Translations under genes and position numbers: made by a program
Notes under the pieces: model-generated
What the model was told of the DNA's origin: nothing
The model's input: only the letters and a program-made list of their open reading frames with translations
Databases searched by the model: none
Assembly (NCBI GenBank): GCA_034226945.1
Contig: CP120457.1
Coordinates: forward strand, 62,001-126,000
Source of the DNA: Picochlorum sp. SENEW3
Lineage: Eukaryota
Direction: 5' to 3'
Length of the DNA: 64,000 nt
Part shown: one piece after another, positions 46,808 through 59,092 of the stretch
Layout of the letters: the number at the start of each line of letters is the position of its first letter
Numbering within the stretch: position 1 is the first letter of the stretch

Positions 46808-47485
46808 TCAAGTATCAGCACATTCAGAAAAGCACGAAGAAGGCTCCCTTGACCCACCTGAAACAACCCATTCCTATTTCATACCAGACACCCTAAACCT
46901 CACTATAATTTTCATACAATAGACCATGGTGCCATCGTTTGCTACTTGCAGCCGCGTACTCTTGTGACAGACACGTATGGAGTTCAAAGAATCACGTTGC
47001 ACGAGACAATCAACGGGCAAGAGCTATTCAATATCCATAGTCGCATCTCTCATGAGATGCAATTTTTGAAAGAATACGTCATGCCCGCATGTATCCGGCA
47101 TTGGCTTTCCAACCAATAAAAAAGAAAAGGACCAATGTAGTTTTCAAAGGATCTCCGGTCAAAGGCATGGCACGATGGGGTATGTATCATTTGTACCATC
47201 GCACTCGTCCGTTGACCGTGACAGTCCATCAACAATACGAATCTACAGCCTGTGGTTGCGCTCGATGCTTCCTAGACAGCCTACTGACTGATGGCACCCA
47301 GAAATGGAAGCGCAACCATAGGGCACGTATGCAGCCGTTTACAATAGAAAGAATTAATTGCTTCGTGCAGGAGCACCATCTGCGTATTATTAGAATCGTG
47401 AGCAGAGTCGTACGTAGGGTGTAGCCGCGATCTTTCCGCTCCCGATCGTTCTCATCTGCAGGGTTACGTGTCACTAGAAGCAACA

Positions 47486-48550
47486 ATGGCCCCAAAGAAA
47501 GCACTCATCACTGGTATCACTGGTCAGGATGGTGCGTACCTGAGTGAATTTTTGCTGAACAAGGGGTACGAGGTGTATGGTATCAAGAGGCGTTCTTCTA
47601 GCTTCAACACGTCTCGTATCGACTCCATCTACGAGGATTTTCACGGGGAAAACGTGAAGTTGAAGCTCTATTATGGGGATCTGACGGATACTGGGAGTCT
47701 CGTTCAGATTATAGGGAAGATCCAGCCAGACGAGATTTACAACTTGGGTGCCCAGAGTCATGTGGGGGTGTCCTTCCAGTGCCCAGAGTATACTGCTGAT
47801 GTCGATGCTCTTGGGGTGTTGAGAGTGTTGGAGGCCATCAGAATTTTGGGTATGGAGAAGAAGTGCAAGTTTTATCAGGCTTCCACCTCTGAGCTGTTTG
47901 GAAAGGTGCAGGAGATTCCCCAAAAGGTGACCACACCTTTCTATCCACGTTCGCCATATGCGGCAGCAAAGCTGTTCGGGTACTGGATCACCGTCAACTA
48001 TAGAGAGTCGTACGGTATGTTTGCCTGCAATGGTATCCTGTTCAACCACGAGTCCCCTCTGAGAGGTGAGACATTTGTGACAAGGAAGATCACACGAGGT
48101 CTGGCAAGGATCAAGGCTGGTTTGGATGATGCACTGTACTTGGGAAATCTCGATGCGAAGAGAGATTGGGGGCATGCGAAGGATTACGTCGAGATGCAGT
48201 GGCTGATGCTCCAGCAGGATGAACCAAAGGATTATGTGATTGCAACTGGAGAGCAGCACAGTGTTCGTGAATTTGTCAACCTTTCCTGCGAGGAGCTCGG
48301 CATCAAAATCCGCTGGGAAGGCTCCGGTGTGGATGAGAAGGGAATTAATGAGGAGACTGGAAAAGCCATTGTCAAGGTCGATCCAAGATACTTCCGCCCA
48401 GCAGAAGTCGATACTTTGCTTGGTGACCCAACAGAGGCCCAAGCTCTCTTGGGATGGACTCCCAAGATTTCTTTCGAACAGCTGGTAAAGGATATGGTGC
48501 AAAGTGACCTCGAGGCAGCCATGGCTGAGAAGAAGAACAAGCAGAAGTAA
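47486..48550 (+). CDS. GMD: GDP-mannose 4,6-dehydratase
   Basis: [63 protein letters not shown]. Confidence 0.96.
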   Translation: MAPKKALITGITGQDGAYLSEFLLNKGYEVYGIKRRSSSFNTSRIDSIYEDFHGENVKLKLYYGDLTDTGSLVQIIGKIQPDEIYNLGAQSHVGVSFQCPEYTADVDALGVLRVLEAIRILGMEKKCKFYQASTSELFGKVQEIPQKVTTPFYPRSPYAAAKLFGYWITVNYRESYGMFACNGILFNHESPLRGETFVTRKITRGLARIKAGLDDALYLGNLDAKRDWGHAKDYVEMQWLMLQQDEPKDYVIATGEQHSVREFVNLSCEELGIKIRWEGSGVDEKGINEETGKAIVKVDPRYFRPAEVDTLLGDPTEAQALLGWTPKISFEQLVKDMVQSDLEAAMAEKKNKQK

Positions 48551-49037
48551 AGTGACCCAACGTATTATAATTTGTTCATATGAATCCGGTACATATATAT
48601 TGCGTCCTTCAACAACAACATATCAATAGGAAATCTCTGTCTATAAATTCAAATCGTATATTCCTACTGTAAATATCATATATACATATCATTGAGATGG
48701 AATTGATCGATGCCGCACTATATATACGTATTGGTTGCCATTGCAAGCAGCTGAGAGAATATTCTTCTCATGAGAGGAAGATTTCCATCCTCAGGGTGAT
48801 TATTTTTATCATGATATCCCACTGCGCTGGTTATTGATCTACCGTATAGCATTTCTATAGTTGCTATTCATTTTCTAATAATAATAAGAAGATAGTTGCC
48901 AGGATATCCAGAGAGAAGTTGTGACTGTGTGCATTCGTCTTCAAAAACAAATTACATGACTCCTGTTGACGAGAATGCGCAGTAGAAGCCACGTTCTATA
49001 TGTTGTAGTTTTTATGTAAGTTATAGAGACTATTAGG

Positions 49038-50503
49038 ATGGCTGTGGGAGGTATTATGGATGCACTGTTCCGTCCTGGGTTGAAAGGGAAGACTAGGAAA
49101 CCCTGGAGCAGCGGTCGAAAGAGTTCTTCGAAATCATCAAAGGATGGCGAGGTGTTTGATGTGAAACCTCCAGTGTTGAAGCAAGTGCAGCAGGTTCGTA
49201 AATGGCTGTCCCTTACTCCTGATGGTGATGCGTCGTCGTTGGAGTTGAGTAAAATAAAGGTGACACAGCAGCTTGGGATTCCTCTGCGGGATTTGCGTAT
49301 TTTGGATCCTTTGCTGGCGACGAGTTATCCTTCTGCTTTGCTTGCTCGAGAGAAGGCTATTGTTGTGAATTTGGAGTTTATAAAGATGATTGTTGGAATG
49401 AATACATGTTATGTGACCAACTTGGATGATCCCAATGCGGCAGATTTTGTTGAGCATTTGCAGCATCGATTAAAGTATGGTCCAACGAATACGGGGGAAG
49501 AACAGCATCCTCATCAAAAGGATGAAATAGTTGATGGGAAGAAAAAGGGGAAATGGATGGATGAGAAGAATGCTAAAACTCTTGGTAATCAGTCAAAGAG
49601 TTACAACATACTTCCTCCTGTAAATCCGCTGCCAGAGTTGCCATTTGAATTGCGGGTGCTTGAAACGGCGTTAGATTATATATCAAAGTATTTAGAGCAG
49701 CAAGTTTCTGATTTGGAAGCGTCAGGGCACCCTGCATTGGACGCCTTGACACAGAAGATTAGCACATCCAATCTAGAGAGGGTTCGGCGTATTAAGAATC
49801 GAATGGTTCGATTGAACACGAGGATCGAGACGGTGCGTTTGATTTGAAATACACACAACTATAATGGGGAATACTAAAGATGTATCATGGTCACATGCAG
49901 TTGAAAGAAGTGTTGGAAAAGACATTGGATGATGATGCCGACATGAAGGATTTCAACCTGTCGGCACTGGAAGAGGAGCGTGTGGAAAATTTACACAGAC
50001 AAGCTCTGCGGATGTCATCGGGGACTCCTTTTGATGCTCCAATCACCCTATCATCGAACTTTGGTGGATTGGAGAGGGCTTCGATACGCATGGACAAGTC
50101 TGTGGCAACCTCAGCGTCTTCTGACACATCATTGGATGATGATGAGGATGTCGAGGTGGTTGAACAGTTGCTCGAGAGTTATTTCATGCGTTTGGATAAT
50201 ACATGGAACCGGTTACAAAATCTGACGGAATACATTGACGATACGGAGGATTTTATCAATATTGAGTTGGATTCACATAGGAATCAATTGATTCGACTTG
50301 ATATTGTCCTGACATGCTTTACAGCTTGTATGGGACTGATCACAGCTGTGACGGCTTTGTTTGCTATGAATCTGGAGATGGCACCAGGACAGGAAGGAGC
50401 CCCATATTGGTGGTTTGTTGTCATTTCCATCAGTGCCAGTATGGGGGCCATTGGCCTTTTCAGTTCGGTGATGGTATATTGCAAGATTAAGCGGCTTTTG
50501 TGA
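49038..50503 (+). CDS. MRS2: MRS2/CorA-family magnesium transporter (one intron)
   Basis: RDLRILDP, REKAIVVNLE, LPFELRVLE, intron ~49832..49900, EYIDDTEDFINIELDSHRNQLI, two C-terminal TMs with FAMNL. Confidence 0.9.
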
Positions 50504-50651
50504 GATGTCCTTGATATTTTTGCACTAACTTTAAATATAGTATGTAATTGTGGTGGTAAAGTCCGAAAAACTCGTCGTTTCGAATGGAGCAGTCTGTAAC
50601 TGACGACGGTGTCTCTCTGCGTAGAAAAGCAATAGCAATAGAGTATGCGGC

Positions 50652-51578
50652 ATGACGCTATTCAAGACAATATCTTTAAAGATTGACAGTTATTATATTC
50701 GCATAGGCGTGGCATTGGTCGCTGCATTTTTGCTGGGTCTGTGGTCGTGCCGACTGGGTAGTGTGCAAGCAAACGACCTGTTGGTGTTCAGACATCCAGC
50801 CCGTGGAGGCACGTGTGGTAGAGAACCATTAGTTCTGGTGTACAATAGAATCCCCAAAGCAGGTTCGACGACATTTATGGCCTTGGCGAAAGACTTGGCC
50901 GATACAAATGGGTTCAGAATGGTGACACCAGAGCCATACTATGACCATTCTAAAATTCGACGTGCCATCTTTGATGCGATCGTATCGGATACAAAGACAC
51001 TCGTGGTGAATCATTTTTACTTTCCAGAGATCGTGTATGGGGATCAAATTGCGTATATGAATATTATGAGGGATCCAGTCAACCGGAGTGTGAGCGACTT
51101 TTATTACCTCCGGTACAGTTCTCGGCGTGGGAACCATGCCGTAAAATATCGCGAGACCCATGGGGATTTGAGCCTAGATGAGTGCTTATTTAAGAAGAAT
51201 AATGAGTTTGCTGGAATATGCGAGCCTGATGTCAATCTGCAGAGCAATTTCTTTTGTGGAAGGGAAGGTCACCCTTGCCACGATCAACCCAGCATGCTGG
51301 AGTCTTTCGGATTGAGGAATATGCGAGACCATTTCAGCGTAGGAGTGGAAGAACGATATAAAGAAACACTGGAAATGTTAGAAAAGACATTCCCCTCCTT
51401 TTTCAAGGGTCTGAGTGCGATGTACAGCGATATCGAGAATGGATCATTGAATTCAAACTCCCACCCTGAGCCTTCATCGAGGGCACAGAAACGTCTTACA
51501 CGTCTCAACAAGGTTGATTATTCCCTGTACCGACAGGCCAATAGATTACTGGATGAATACATTCGAACGTGTTTATAA
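50652..51578 (+). CDS. Golgi type II sulfotransferase, heparan-sulfate 2-O-sulfotransferase-like
   Basis: N-terminal TM; 5'-PSB YNRIPKAGSTT; 3'-PB IMRDPVNRSVSDFYY; LEKTFPSFF; DYSLY. Confidence 0.85.
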   Translation: MTLFKTISLKIDSYYIRIGVALVAAFLLGLWSCRLGSVQANDLLVFRHPARGGTCGREPLVLVYNRIPKAGSTTFMALAKDLADTNGFRMVTPEPYYDHSKIRRAIFDAIVSDTKTLVVNHFYFPEIVYGDQIAYMNIMRDPVNRSVSDFYYLRYSSRRGNHAVKYRETHGDLSLDECLFKKNNEFAGICEPDVNLQSNFFCGREGHPCHDQPSMLESFGLRNMRDHFSVGVEERYKETLEMLEKTFPSFFKGLSAMYSDIENGSLNSNSHPEPSSRAQKRLTRLNKVDYSLYRQANRLLDEYIRTCL

Positions 51579-51589
51579 CATATAAGTGA

Positions 51590-53878
51590 TCATGCGATGT
51601 ATTTGTATGTCTGAGTCTTTGAGGAATCCCTTTCTATATACTCTCGGTCAATCAACCCCTCAATACTCTTCTTAATAACCTTCACATCTGGGTGGAACGC
51701 TCGTTGAAGCTGTGTGATGACCTCTCCCATGAGATCGCTATGCGACAGTGTTTTTCTGCTCTTCATTATTCTGACAATGGCAGCATCCACAGCATGCTTC
51801 CTATCCTTGTCTACTTCTTCATGGACTTTGCGGCGATCATCAACAGGAGGGAGAGGCACGCGAATTCTCCTGGCCCTGTCCACGAACTTGTTATTGATGG
51901 AAAACGAATCTGTCGTCAGGATTTTCTTCTCTGGTGTTGATTTCAGCAAGAGCTTGTATTTGCCAAGGCACAGCGAATGAAGAGACCTGGACAAATCCTC
52001 TTGTGGGATTTTCATGGTGTCCATCAATTGCTGAAACGAGAGGGTGTCTTGAGACAATGTATCAAAAGACAGCAGTACCGCCGCCTGAACTGGGCTCAAT
52101 ATTAATTCATAGGATTTTCCAAACGTGGCCTTGAGGTGAACAGAGCCAAGGCCCAGCTGCCAGGTTAATCTGCGGGATTTGGCAGTCTCCTCGTGGAATT
52201 TGGAAAAGTATTCCAAGGATTCGACCATCTTTTCAGGGAGTTCCATTTCCAGAACTTTGTACGAAGGCCAGTACCCAGTGGTCAGGACTGTCACATTCAT
52301 GTCAACTGGCAGAGATGTATTCTTCCTGTCCAGCCAACTTCTAAAGTCTAGCTCCTTTTCCCTTGCAATCTGAAGATCTTGCACCATGCCTTCCATCTTG
52401 GACGTGTATTGCTGTCCACATTGCTGCTTCAACCTCGTCAGCATACCCTTCTCTGCGTCCTCACCGCATGACGTTGAATACAAAAGCCTCCTTGCCAACT
52501 TCTTGCGGTAAAATTCTGCAAACATGTCTCTATCAGAGATGTATGCCAAAAACTTGACAACCTTGTCCAATGTCCCATCCATATCATCTTCAGCCAGTTT
52601 TGAGGCTCCGCCTTTCCTCAGAATAGCGTCTGCGAATAGCGCCATGAGTTCAGGAACAGATCTACCAGACACCGTCTTGTTGAAAAATGATTCAAATGCC
52701 TCCCTCAAGGCTTTATGAAATAGCGGAGCGGAATCAAGACTCCCATTCACAATGCCCGTAAAAGTGTCATGCAGAGATATCGCCTTTTTAATAAACGTGT
52801 GATCAGCAGCATCCTTGCTGCTCTTCTGAGCATTCGCAGTATCCAATTGTCTAATCAGATCAGAGCCCTTTTCCTCAATATAGGCTTTGAACACTTTTGC
52901 CATGGGCTCCAAGCCCTCAGGAAGGCGCGAAAATAATTTAAACATCCTATTTATATCCTCGGTTCTTTCATCAGATAACAGAACAAACAGCCCCGAATCT
53001 GGCTTTTCCAGGAGCCTCATCTCATACTCCTGCAATAATGTTGCGTCTGCTTCCCTCAATAAATTAGATTTCCCTTCTACATGCAAATACTTATCCACCC
53101 GAGCCTCCTCTTCTAACAATCGAGCCTCCGCCTTTCTCAGATAATCAGGAGTCGTGTCTTCCGCAATCCATGCCATGGCACACTTTCTATAATACTTTTG
53201 TGTAGACTGCAACATGTACACCTCGAAATCATTTTCATATGCCTCCATACTTCCCATACCAACCTCTTGGAATATAGCTAGCGTATCACGAAGTAAATCC
53301 GTATCTACAATCTCCCCTTCCCTGTCCTTTTCCATCTGTGCCAACACAGCATCTCTAGCTTTACCCTTGACCTCTTCATACACAGTGCTTTTGAATGCGT
53401 CCACTCCGACAGCTTGAAGATCCACTAGATTATACCGAACTACATAATATCTATCCAGATAGTTGAAAATCTTTTTCATCCACCTGACCATAAAGCTGTG
53501 ATTCTTCCAGCAATGAACAAACTTGCGCAAGAAAAACTCATCGTGCGTATCCTTCAACGCAGGCAGCACAGACGCGTGAATGTAATCATCAAATATCTGT
53601 TGATACCTCACATATAGGTTCTTCGAGTGATCATTGGGAGTTTTCTGCGTGCACATATTGTACACAATCGTGTACAGACTCATGTTGACTGTTGCACTTT
53701 CTGGCTTCTCCTTGACCCCTCCAGGGAAAAGCTTAAATTCCTCTACGCCAGCCTACAATATCAACCATATGAACATGTCACCTACTGCATTGGTATATTA
53801 GGTATACTATATATCACATACATTGATCTCGCTCCAACCCTGCTCAAAGTCGATGGTTTTCCGAGTATCCACGACCAT
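51590..53878 (-). CDS. CUL1: Cullin-1
   Basis: Exon 1 MVVDTRKTIDFEQGW; YNMCTQK, FNYLDRYY, DMFAEFYRKKLARRL, neddylation site DAAIVRIMKSRK, LIDREYIER. Confidence 0.93.
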
Positions 53879-54147
53879 CTGGACAGTTTTCGTATTCTAT
53901 GCCCTGGCGCCTCTTCCAACCTTTCAAAAGGTGAATTACCTACTAAAACTACGTTTGATAAAATACTATGCGTAAATTCTTTATAGAATTGGGCGGGTGA
54001 GCCCGAGGCAACCATATCTCGGTTCGAACGTTCTTCCTTGTAATAAACATTTAAAAACACTCCTTGATACGGACAGTACAGGGGCCATGGCTATTTGAGT
54101 CCATCAGAGATCGCCGTATCCCAATATATGTATACAGAATTGTAACC

Positions 54148-55242
54148 ATGGATGGGTGGATTGTGGCATCAGCGGTGCTGCTGCTGATGGGCAACAGTGC
54201 TCTAGGAGCAGAGACACAGGGTGATGCCTCTGCTCGGGCGGATGCAGGTGGGAGTGAGCATAAAGCCACAAACAAGACGTCTCTTGGGGATGGAGAACCG
54301 GAATTGACCGAAGAACAAGTGCAGCGTTCGGTGCTGATCTTTTACATTGTTCTTGTAGTCATGATTGCAGCGCAGAGTGGGCTGGTGAGGTGGAGAAGGG
54401 CGCATAAAAGATCATATGAGCTCGTGACATTGATAGGATTGTGGTTGGTGCCGGCCATTATTAGCCTTCACCTCATGTTCTGGAGGTTTTTGATTGTGTG
54501 GAGTGGGTATTCTGGGGTTACTGGAATGTACCTGTATAAATGCGTATATACGGACCTATGGGATACCAATGTTCCAAAGAATATATATAGATGGTTCTTG
54601 GGAGTGTTCCGAGTGAGTGTGGGCGTGGGACTGACTGGATATATCATGCTCTTGGTGGACATCTTGTCTGGAGGGCTCTTGTTTGCCCCTCTGGTAGAGT
54701 CTGGGTTTTCTCTTCTTCTGATCTGGTATGGGTTGTATTTCGGTATCCTCACAAGGGATTGTGCAGAGGTTGTTAGTGATAGAATGGTGGGTTCATTTAG
54801 TAAGCATCTCAGGGCGAGGGCATCAGTGAACACGGTGCGGGACTGTGCCTTGTGTGGTCAGGAGCTGCGAGATACCATGACGCATATTGCGGATGGTATG
54901 AGTGATTCAAAAGAATCGAATAAAGATGCGAGCAGCGTTCAGTTGAATTGTAAACATATATTCCATCCCGAGTGCATCAAAGGGTGGTTGATTGTTGGAA
55001 AGAAGGATTCATGTCCAGCATGTAATGAAAAGGTTGATCTGCGGAGATTGTACGCGGACAAGCCTTGGGAGACTCGAAATCTGTCATGGATACAAATGCT
55101 CGATATGGTTAGATATCTGATCGTGTGGCAGCCCACCATCATGACGGCGTTGCATTTTGTCTTTCATGTATTGCACATGGATGAAGATGTAAGTCCTCCT
55201 GATGCAAACGCCCATGTCAATGCAAATGCAACCGATTCATAG
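54148..55242 (+). CDS. RNF121/RNF175-like membrane RING E3 ligase
   Basis: SYELVTLIGLWLVP, WYGLYFGILTRDCAE, CALC...LNCKHIFHPECIKGWLIVGKKDSCPACNEKVDL. Confidence 0.9.
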   Translation: MDGWIVASAVLLLMGNSALGAETQGDASARADAGGSEHKATNKTSLGDGEPELTEEQVQRSVLIFYIVLVVMIAAQSGLVRWRRAHKRSYELVTLIGLWLVPAIISLHLMFWRFLIVWSGYSGVTGMYLYKCVYTDLWDTNVPKNIYRWFLGVFRVSVGVGLTGYIMLLVDILSGGLLFAPLVESGFSLLLIWYGLYFGILTRDCAEVVSDRMVGSFSKHLRARASVNTVRDCALCGQELRDTMTHIADGMSDSKESNKDASSVQLNCKHIFHPECIKGWLIVGKKDSCPACNEKVDLRRLYADKPWETRNLSWIQMLDMVRYLIVWQPTIMTALHFVFHVLHMDEDVSPPDANAHVNANATDS

Positions 55243-55277
55243 CACTATTTATTATTACATTCTTTATGTACATATTT

Positions 55278-56366
55278 CTATTGGCGATGGAGCTTGGTCC
55301 CAATCAACAGAAGATGAATCAGAACAATATAGGCAATCGCAGCAACAGCCCACAAGCGAGGCTTGCCAACATTATACAGTACCTTTCTTTTGCCTAATAC
55401 GTATGGCACAACCGTATCTTCCAATACACGGACAATCTTTGTCGGTGACTGTTTCTTCAGTTTCGCATACGACAGTCTCAAGTGATGCCCAATCCCAGGC
55501 AATGGTGGCTTTTGTGCACCCCCTGTTTCAAAATAGTGCACGAGCGGAGCAACACCCTTTTCACTCACCCTTCCTTCTTCCAACATCTCTATCGCTTCGG
55601 AACAATCCTTGTCTTGTGTCGTCTGTTCAGCCTGCGCTGCAGGCGAGGATGGTACATGCATGATGTTTTTCTTCCGTTCCTCAATCTCCCTCATCCTTCT
55701 CAGTAATGGAGAGGCATTGCCCATATCTAACACTACATTTTCGTCTTTTGTATTCCTTTGTGAATCCACATGCTTTTTTCGAGGAGAAGGAGACGCCATA
55801 ATCGTGAAATCCTCCTCCAACCTTGCATCATCATCATCATCAAAAGACAATGCCTTGCCCCCCATCTCTGGCGAAAACATTTCCTTCATAATGGCGTCAA
55901 ACATACCATCCAAATGCTTGTTCATACTCTTCACCGCAGAGACATCCAATACCTGCGGTGAACCCTCACCCAGAGAAGAAAGGCCTCTTGTGCCACCATG
56001 CACTGGAGTACTCTCCACATCCAGAGGCAAGACATCACCAACTCCGTCCCCCTCAATAGTCATATCATCGTCATCTTCATCGTCCATTTGTCGCAAGAAC
56101 GCAATGCGCGTCTCTCTATCCATGACAGGACCGCGTTTGGTCGTCACTGCCTTGTTGACCACTGAGTCATCGCGCCTCTTCCCCGATTCTGGGCGTATAA
56201 ACCCACCCAAAATACTTCCGTATGATTCTTTTGTACTCATATCCTCCCCAGCCTCCGATTCTCTGCTTCTATAAAGTCCTGTATGCTGCTGACCCTCGCC
56301 CAACCAATGGCGCACCCCAATGGAAACGGATCCACCAAATGTCGTCTGCTGTCGATACGACATCAA
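55278..56366 (-). CDS. Uncharacterized low-complexity protein with C-terminal TM (tail-anchored-like)
   Basis: 362 aa ATG-started ORF; C-terminal LWAVAAIAYIVLIHLLLIG. Confidence 0.6.
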   Translation of the reverse strand: MMSYRQQTTFGGSVSIGVRHWLGEGQQHTGLYRSRESEAGEDMSTKESYGSILGGFIRPESGKRRDDSVVNKAVTTKRGPVMDRETRIAFLRQMDDEDDDDMTIEGDGVGDVLPLDVESTPVHGGTRGLSSLGEGSPQVLDVSAVKSMNKHLDGMFDAIMKEMFSPEMGGKALSFDDDDDARLEEDFTIMASPSPRKKHVDSQRNTKDENVVLDMGNASPLLRRMREIEERKKNIMHVPSSPAAQAEQTTQDKDCSEAIEMLEEGRVSEKGVAPLVHYFETGGAQKPPLPGIGHHLRLSYAKLKKQSPTKIVRVLEDTVVPYVLGKRKVLYNVGKPRLWAVAAIAYIVLIHLLLIGTKLHRQ

Positions 56367-56812
56367 CTATGAGTTGTATTTTAAAATATATAGTTCATGC
56401 AGTGGTGATTAACACTCCGACAGGATGAACCAACGCATGCCGAGTCGGTTGGAACCAACCAACCAACCGTCACCGTCATCGTGATGAATGATTCCTATCC
56501 AAGACTATGCTTGACCGAGTTGATTCCCGTATGAGCCATTGTCCGGATCTGGGCCTCGGGTGAAGCTTGTGTATACGCACAAATACATTGGTTCATGTTT
56601 AAATACCATAACATACTAGAATTGTGACTTGATCAATCTCGAGGTATGGGTTTCATGGCTGCATTGTATTGGGTCTTTGGGAGTGACGTAGACGATGGTC
56701 GTGCATCTCTCTTGTGTCTCACATGTTTCTGAAATGTGATCACTAAGTGTTATGTATCTATATATGCAGACACTGTCTCTCATTGCGACGGAAACGAACA
56801 GAGTTGTTGGGC

Positions 56813-57724
56813 ATGACTGGCGTTGTTTCGGTGGGGAGGTTGTCGAGTCACCGAGGTGGACCAAGGCACCTTGATTTGCATCCATTTGGTACCAAGACGA
56901 GCATGATATATTCCAGTTCTGAGTATCGAGGCTGTCGACAGAAGGCACGGGCCTTGTCTGGTGGGGGCGAGGAGGAGGAGGACCATGTCTTCTACTACTA
57001 TGGGGATGAGATGGGGTATGATGTGGATGCTGTTACTGCGGATTGGAGGGAGTATCGGGCAGGGATGGTTGCGAAGGAGCACCGCCATGCTGGGACAAAG
57101 GAATGGGCAGGGTTGGGCCGGGAGGGTGTTCAACAGACCAGTCGTCGGTGGTCGCATCAGATCTCTCATCCCGAGAAGGGATGCTTATTGGTAGCTCGTC
57201 GACCTGATTTGGGGATGTTTTCATACTCTGTCATATTGATTACGGAGCACGACGACGAGATTGGGTCCAGTGGCCTGGTGCTGAACATGCCCACACCTCT
57301 GCACATTGCAAATCTGGGCTTGGAGGTGCATATTGCCGAGTCTCTTGGGCAGTGCCCATTGTATATAGGTGGTCCGGTGACTCGTAATTTGCTCCATGTG
57401 CTGCATGGAAATGAGTCTGTAGAGGGATCCATGGAGATTATCAAAGGCGTGTATGCTGGAGGTGTTGAAAGCGCTGCTGAGCTGGTGCTTCAAGGGGCTG
57501 TGGATCCATCAGAATTTCGCCTGCTGGCAGGATATAGTGGCTGGGAGCCTTATCAATTAGCGACAGAGATACAGAATGGGGCATGGCATGTGATATCAGC
57601 CTCGTCCGAGGTGATCAACGGATGCATCAAGGGAGACTACACAGGTTTTGGACAATTTTCCATGAATGATACAAAAGTTGACTGTTGGAAAGCCATTTTA
57701 CACGAGACTGGTATTCCATTTTAA
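56813..57724 (+). CDS. DUF179 (AlgH/YqgE) family protein
   Basis: DWREYRA, GCLLVA, GSSGLVLN.P, LYIGGPV, GYSGW...QL..EI..G.W. Confidence 0.88.
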   Translation: MTGVVSVGRLSSHRGGPRHLDLHPFGTKTSMIYSSSEYRGCRQKARALSGGGEEEEDHVFYYYGDEMGYDVDAVTADWREYRAGMVAKEHRHAGTKEWAGLGREGVQQTSRRWSHQISHPEKGCLLVARRPDLGMFSYSVILITEHDDEIGSSGLVLNMPTPLHIANLGLEVHIAESLGQCPLYIGGPVTRNLLHVLHGNESVEGSMEIIKGVYAGGVESAAELVLQGAVDPSEFRLLAGYSGWEPYQLATEIQNGAWHVISASSEVINGCIKGDYTGFGQFSMNDTKVDCWKAILHETGIPF

Positions 57725-57765
57725 GTTTTCCCACATATAGAAAAAATGAATGACCATGTAAATGC

Positions 57766-58309
57766 TTACCAGTACTCCTGCTTGCGGCCCTGGATTCCAA
57801 TCTGAGCGAGAGTCAGGGTGACAAAGAGTCCAAGGTGCCATGTGACCATGTACAACCAGAACTTGTCATCGAGGGCTGGTCCCTGTGGGAAGTTTGCTAA
57901 GTTGGCTCCAATGGACTCTGTGAAGAGGCCGAAGAGGGACTTTCCTCCAAAGGCAGACACCCCAATGTTGGATGGGATGAACCATCCAGCAGATCCAATC
58001 ATCAATGCAAGGGGCTCCTTCTTAAGCCATTCATATCCCTCGTTGGCGGCAGCACGGACGACAACCTGTCTGGAAGAGGCTCTGCTTCTGCTCAAAGGTG
58101 TTGTCCTCAATCCTGCACATCAATACACACATCATGATGAGCATTGAACATGCTTTAGTCTTAGAATATTCTCTTTGGACCATCATCCATTCGCACAGAG
58201 AGCCATCAAAGGAGGATTGTCCACGATTGGATGTCGATGGGTCAATCCATCAGCCTTTCACGGCGTACGTACCAGATACCAAAGATGGGCGGGCGATAGT
58301 GGTCTGCAT
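57766..58309 (-). CDS. PSAO: Photosystem I subunit O
   Basis: Exon 1 MQTTIARPSLVS from 58309; mature part GWFIPSNI...SLFGLF..SIG.NLA.FP.GPALDDKFWLYMVTWHLGLF...QIG.QGRKQEYW. Confidence 0.93.
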
Positions 58310-58541
58310 GTTGATTGCTATTTGTGCAGCGATGAATACTTGAGTATTAAAGTACAACAATGATGAGAGCGATGTCGGGATCCTAAGATCTATCCTGCAA
58401 AGATTGCGATCGGAATTCATCCATATCCCATTGACGGGATCTTTTCATGGGAAGAAGGATTTCTTCCAAGAAAGCAAGGACATTGCAGCATACACGTCAG
58501 CACAATGTGTCTTTTGTATGCTTGATGAAATAATTCGATCA

Positions 58542-59069
58542 ATGGTTGTGAACAAGGTTGCCGTAGATATCCTTGAACCCAATGGCAGGGAGCGGTTTTC
58601 TGCCTGCGGGGAACTGGTGTTGCCAGGGGAGGATGGGGCGGTATTTGACCCATCGTCGTCGATGGATTGTGATCTAGATCTCTCTCAAGGGACTCCTAGA
58701 TTTTATATAATGCGGCTGAGGGACAGAGAGAAACAGTTTGATAGGATTACGTACCATGAAAAGGTGACCCAGTGCCTGGCCCTGTCATCACCCAGCACGC
58801 TGTCTGGATGGTACTTGGCAGTGGCTCCTCCAACATATACGCAGGGGGATGAGACGGTGGTGTATCCAGATTTAGAAAAGGATGTGGTTGTGTATCGCAT
58901 TCCTCATGGCGTGATTGTCAAGTTGCACAAAGGGACATGGCATGCAGGGCCTTTGTGGGATCCTAAAGAGGCCAGTGTGGCCGAGTTTATGAACTTGGAG
59001 CTGAGCGATACGAATGTGGTTGATCATCATACGCATATATATGGAGATGGAGGGGCTATGGTGGATTAA
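58542..59069 (+). CDS. Ureidoglycolate lyase/hydrolase-like cupin (AllA-related plant/cyanobacterial family)
   Basis: LDLSQGTPRFYIM, ITYHEKVTQCL, KLHKGTWHAGP, FMNLELSDTNVVDH. Confidence 0.8.
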   Translation: MVVNKVAVDILEPNGRERFSACGELVLPGEDGAVFDPSSSMDCDLDLSQGTPRFYIMRLRDREKQFDRITYHEKVTQCLALSSPSTLSGWYLAVAPPTYTQGDETVVYPDLEKDVVVYRIPHGVIVKLHKGTWHAGPLWDPKEASVAEFMNLELSDTNVVDHHTHIYGDGGAMVD

Positions 59070-59092
59070 ATCAGTGTCTACTGTATTCGCTA

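Noticed and set aside
47474..48502. 342-aa antisense ORF over GMD
   Set aside because: Mirrors the GMD codon frame, a known by-product of codon bias in highly expressed genes. No recognisable motifs.
53990..54045. GGTTCGAA T-loop-like motif suggesting a tRNA
   Set aside because: No cloverleaf could be built: acceptor and anticodon stems are missing.
56453..56468. AACC microsatellite and a nearby TGATGA box C-like motif
   Set aside because: Short simple repeat. No suitably placed box D or terminal stem was found.
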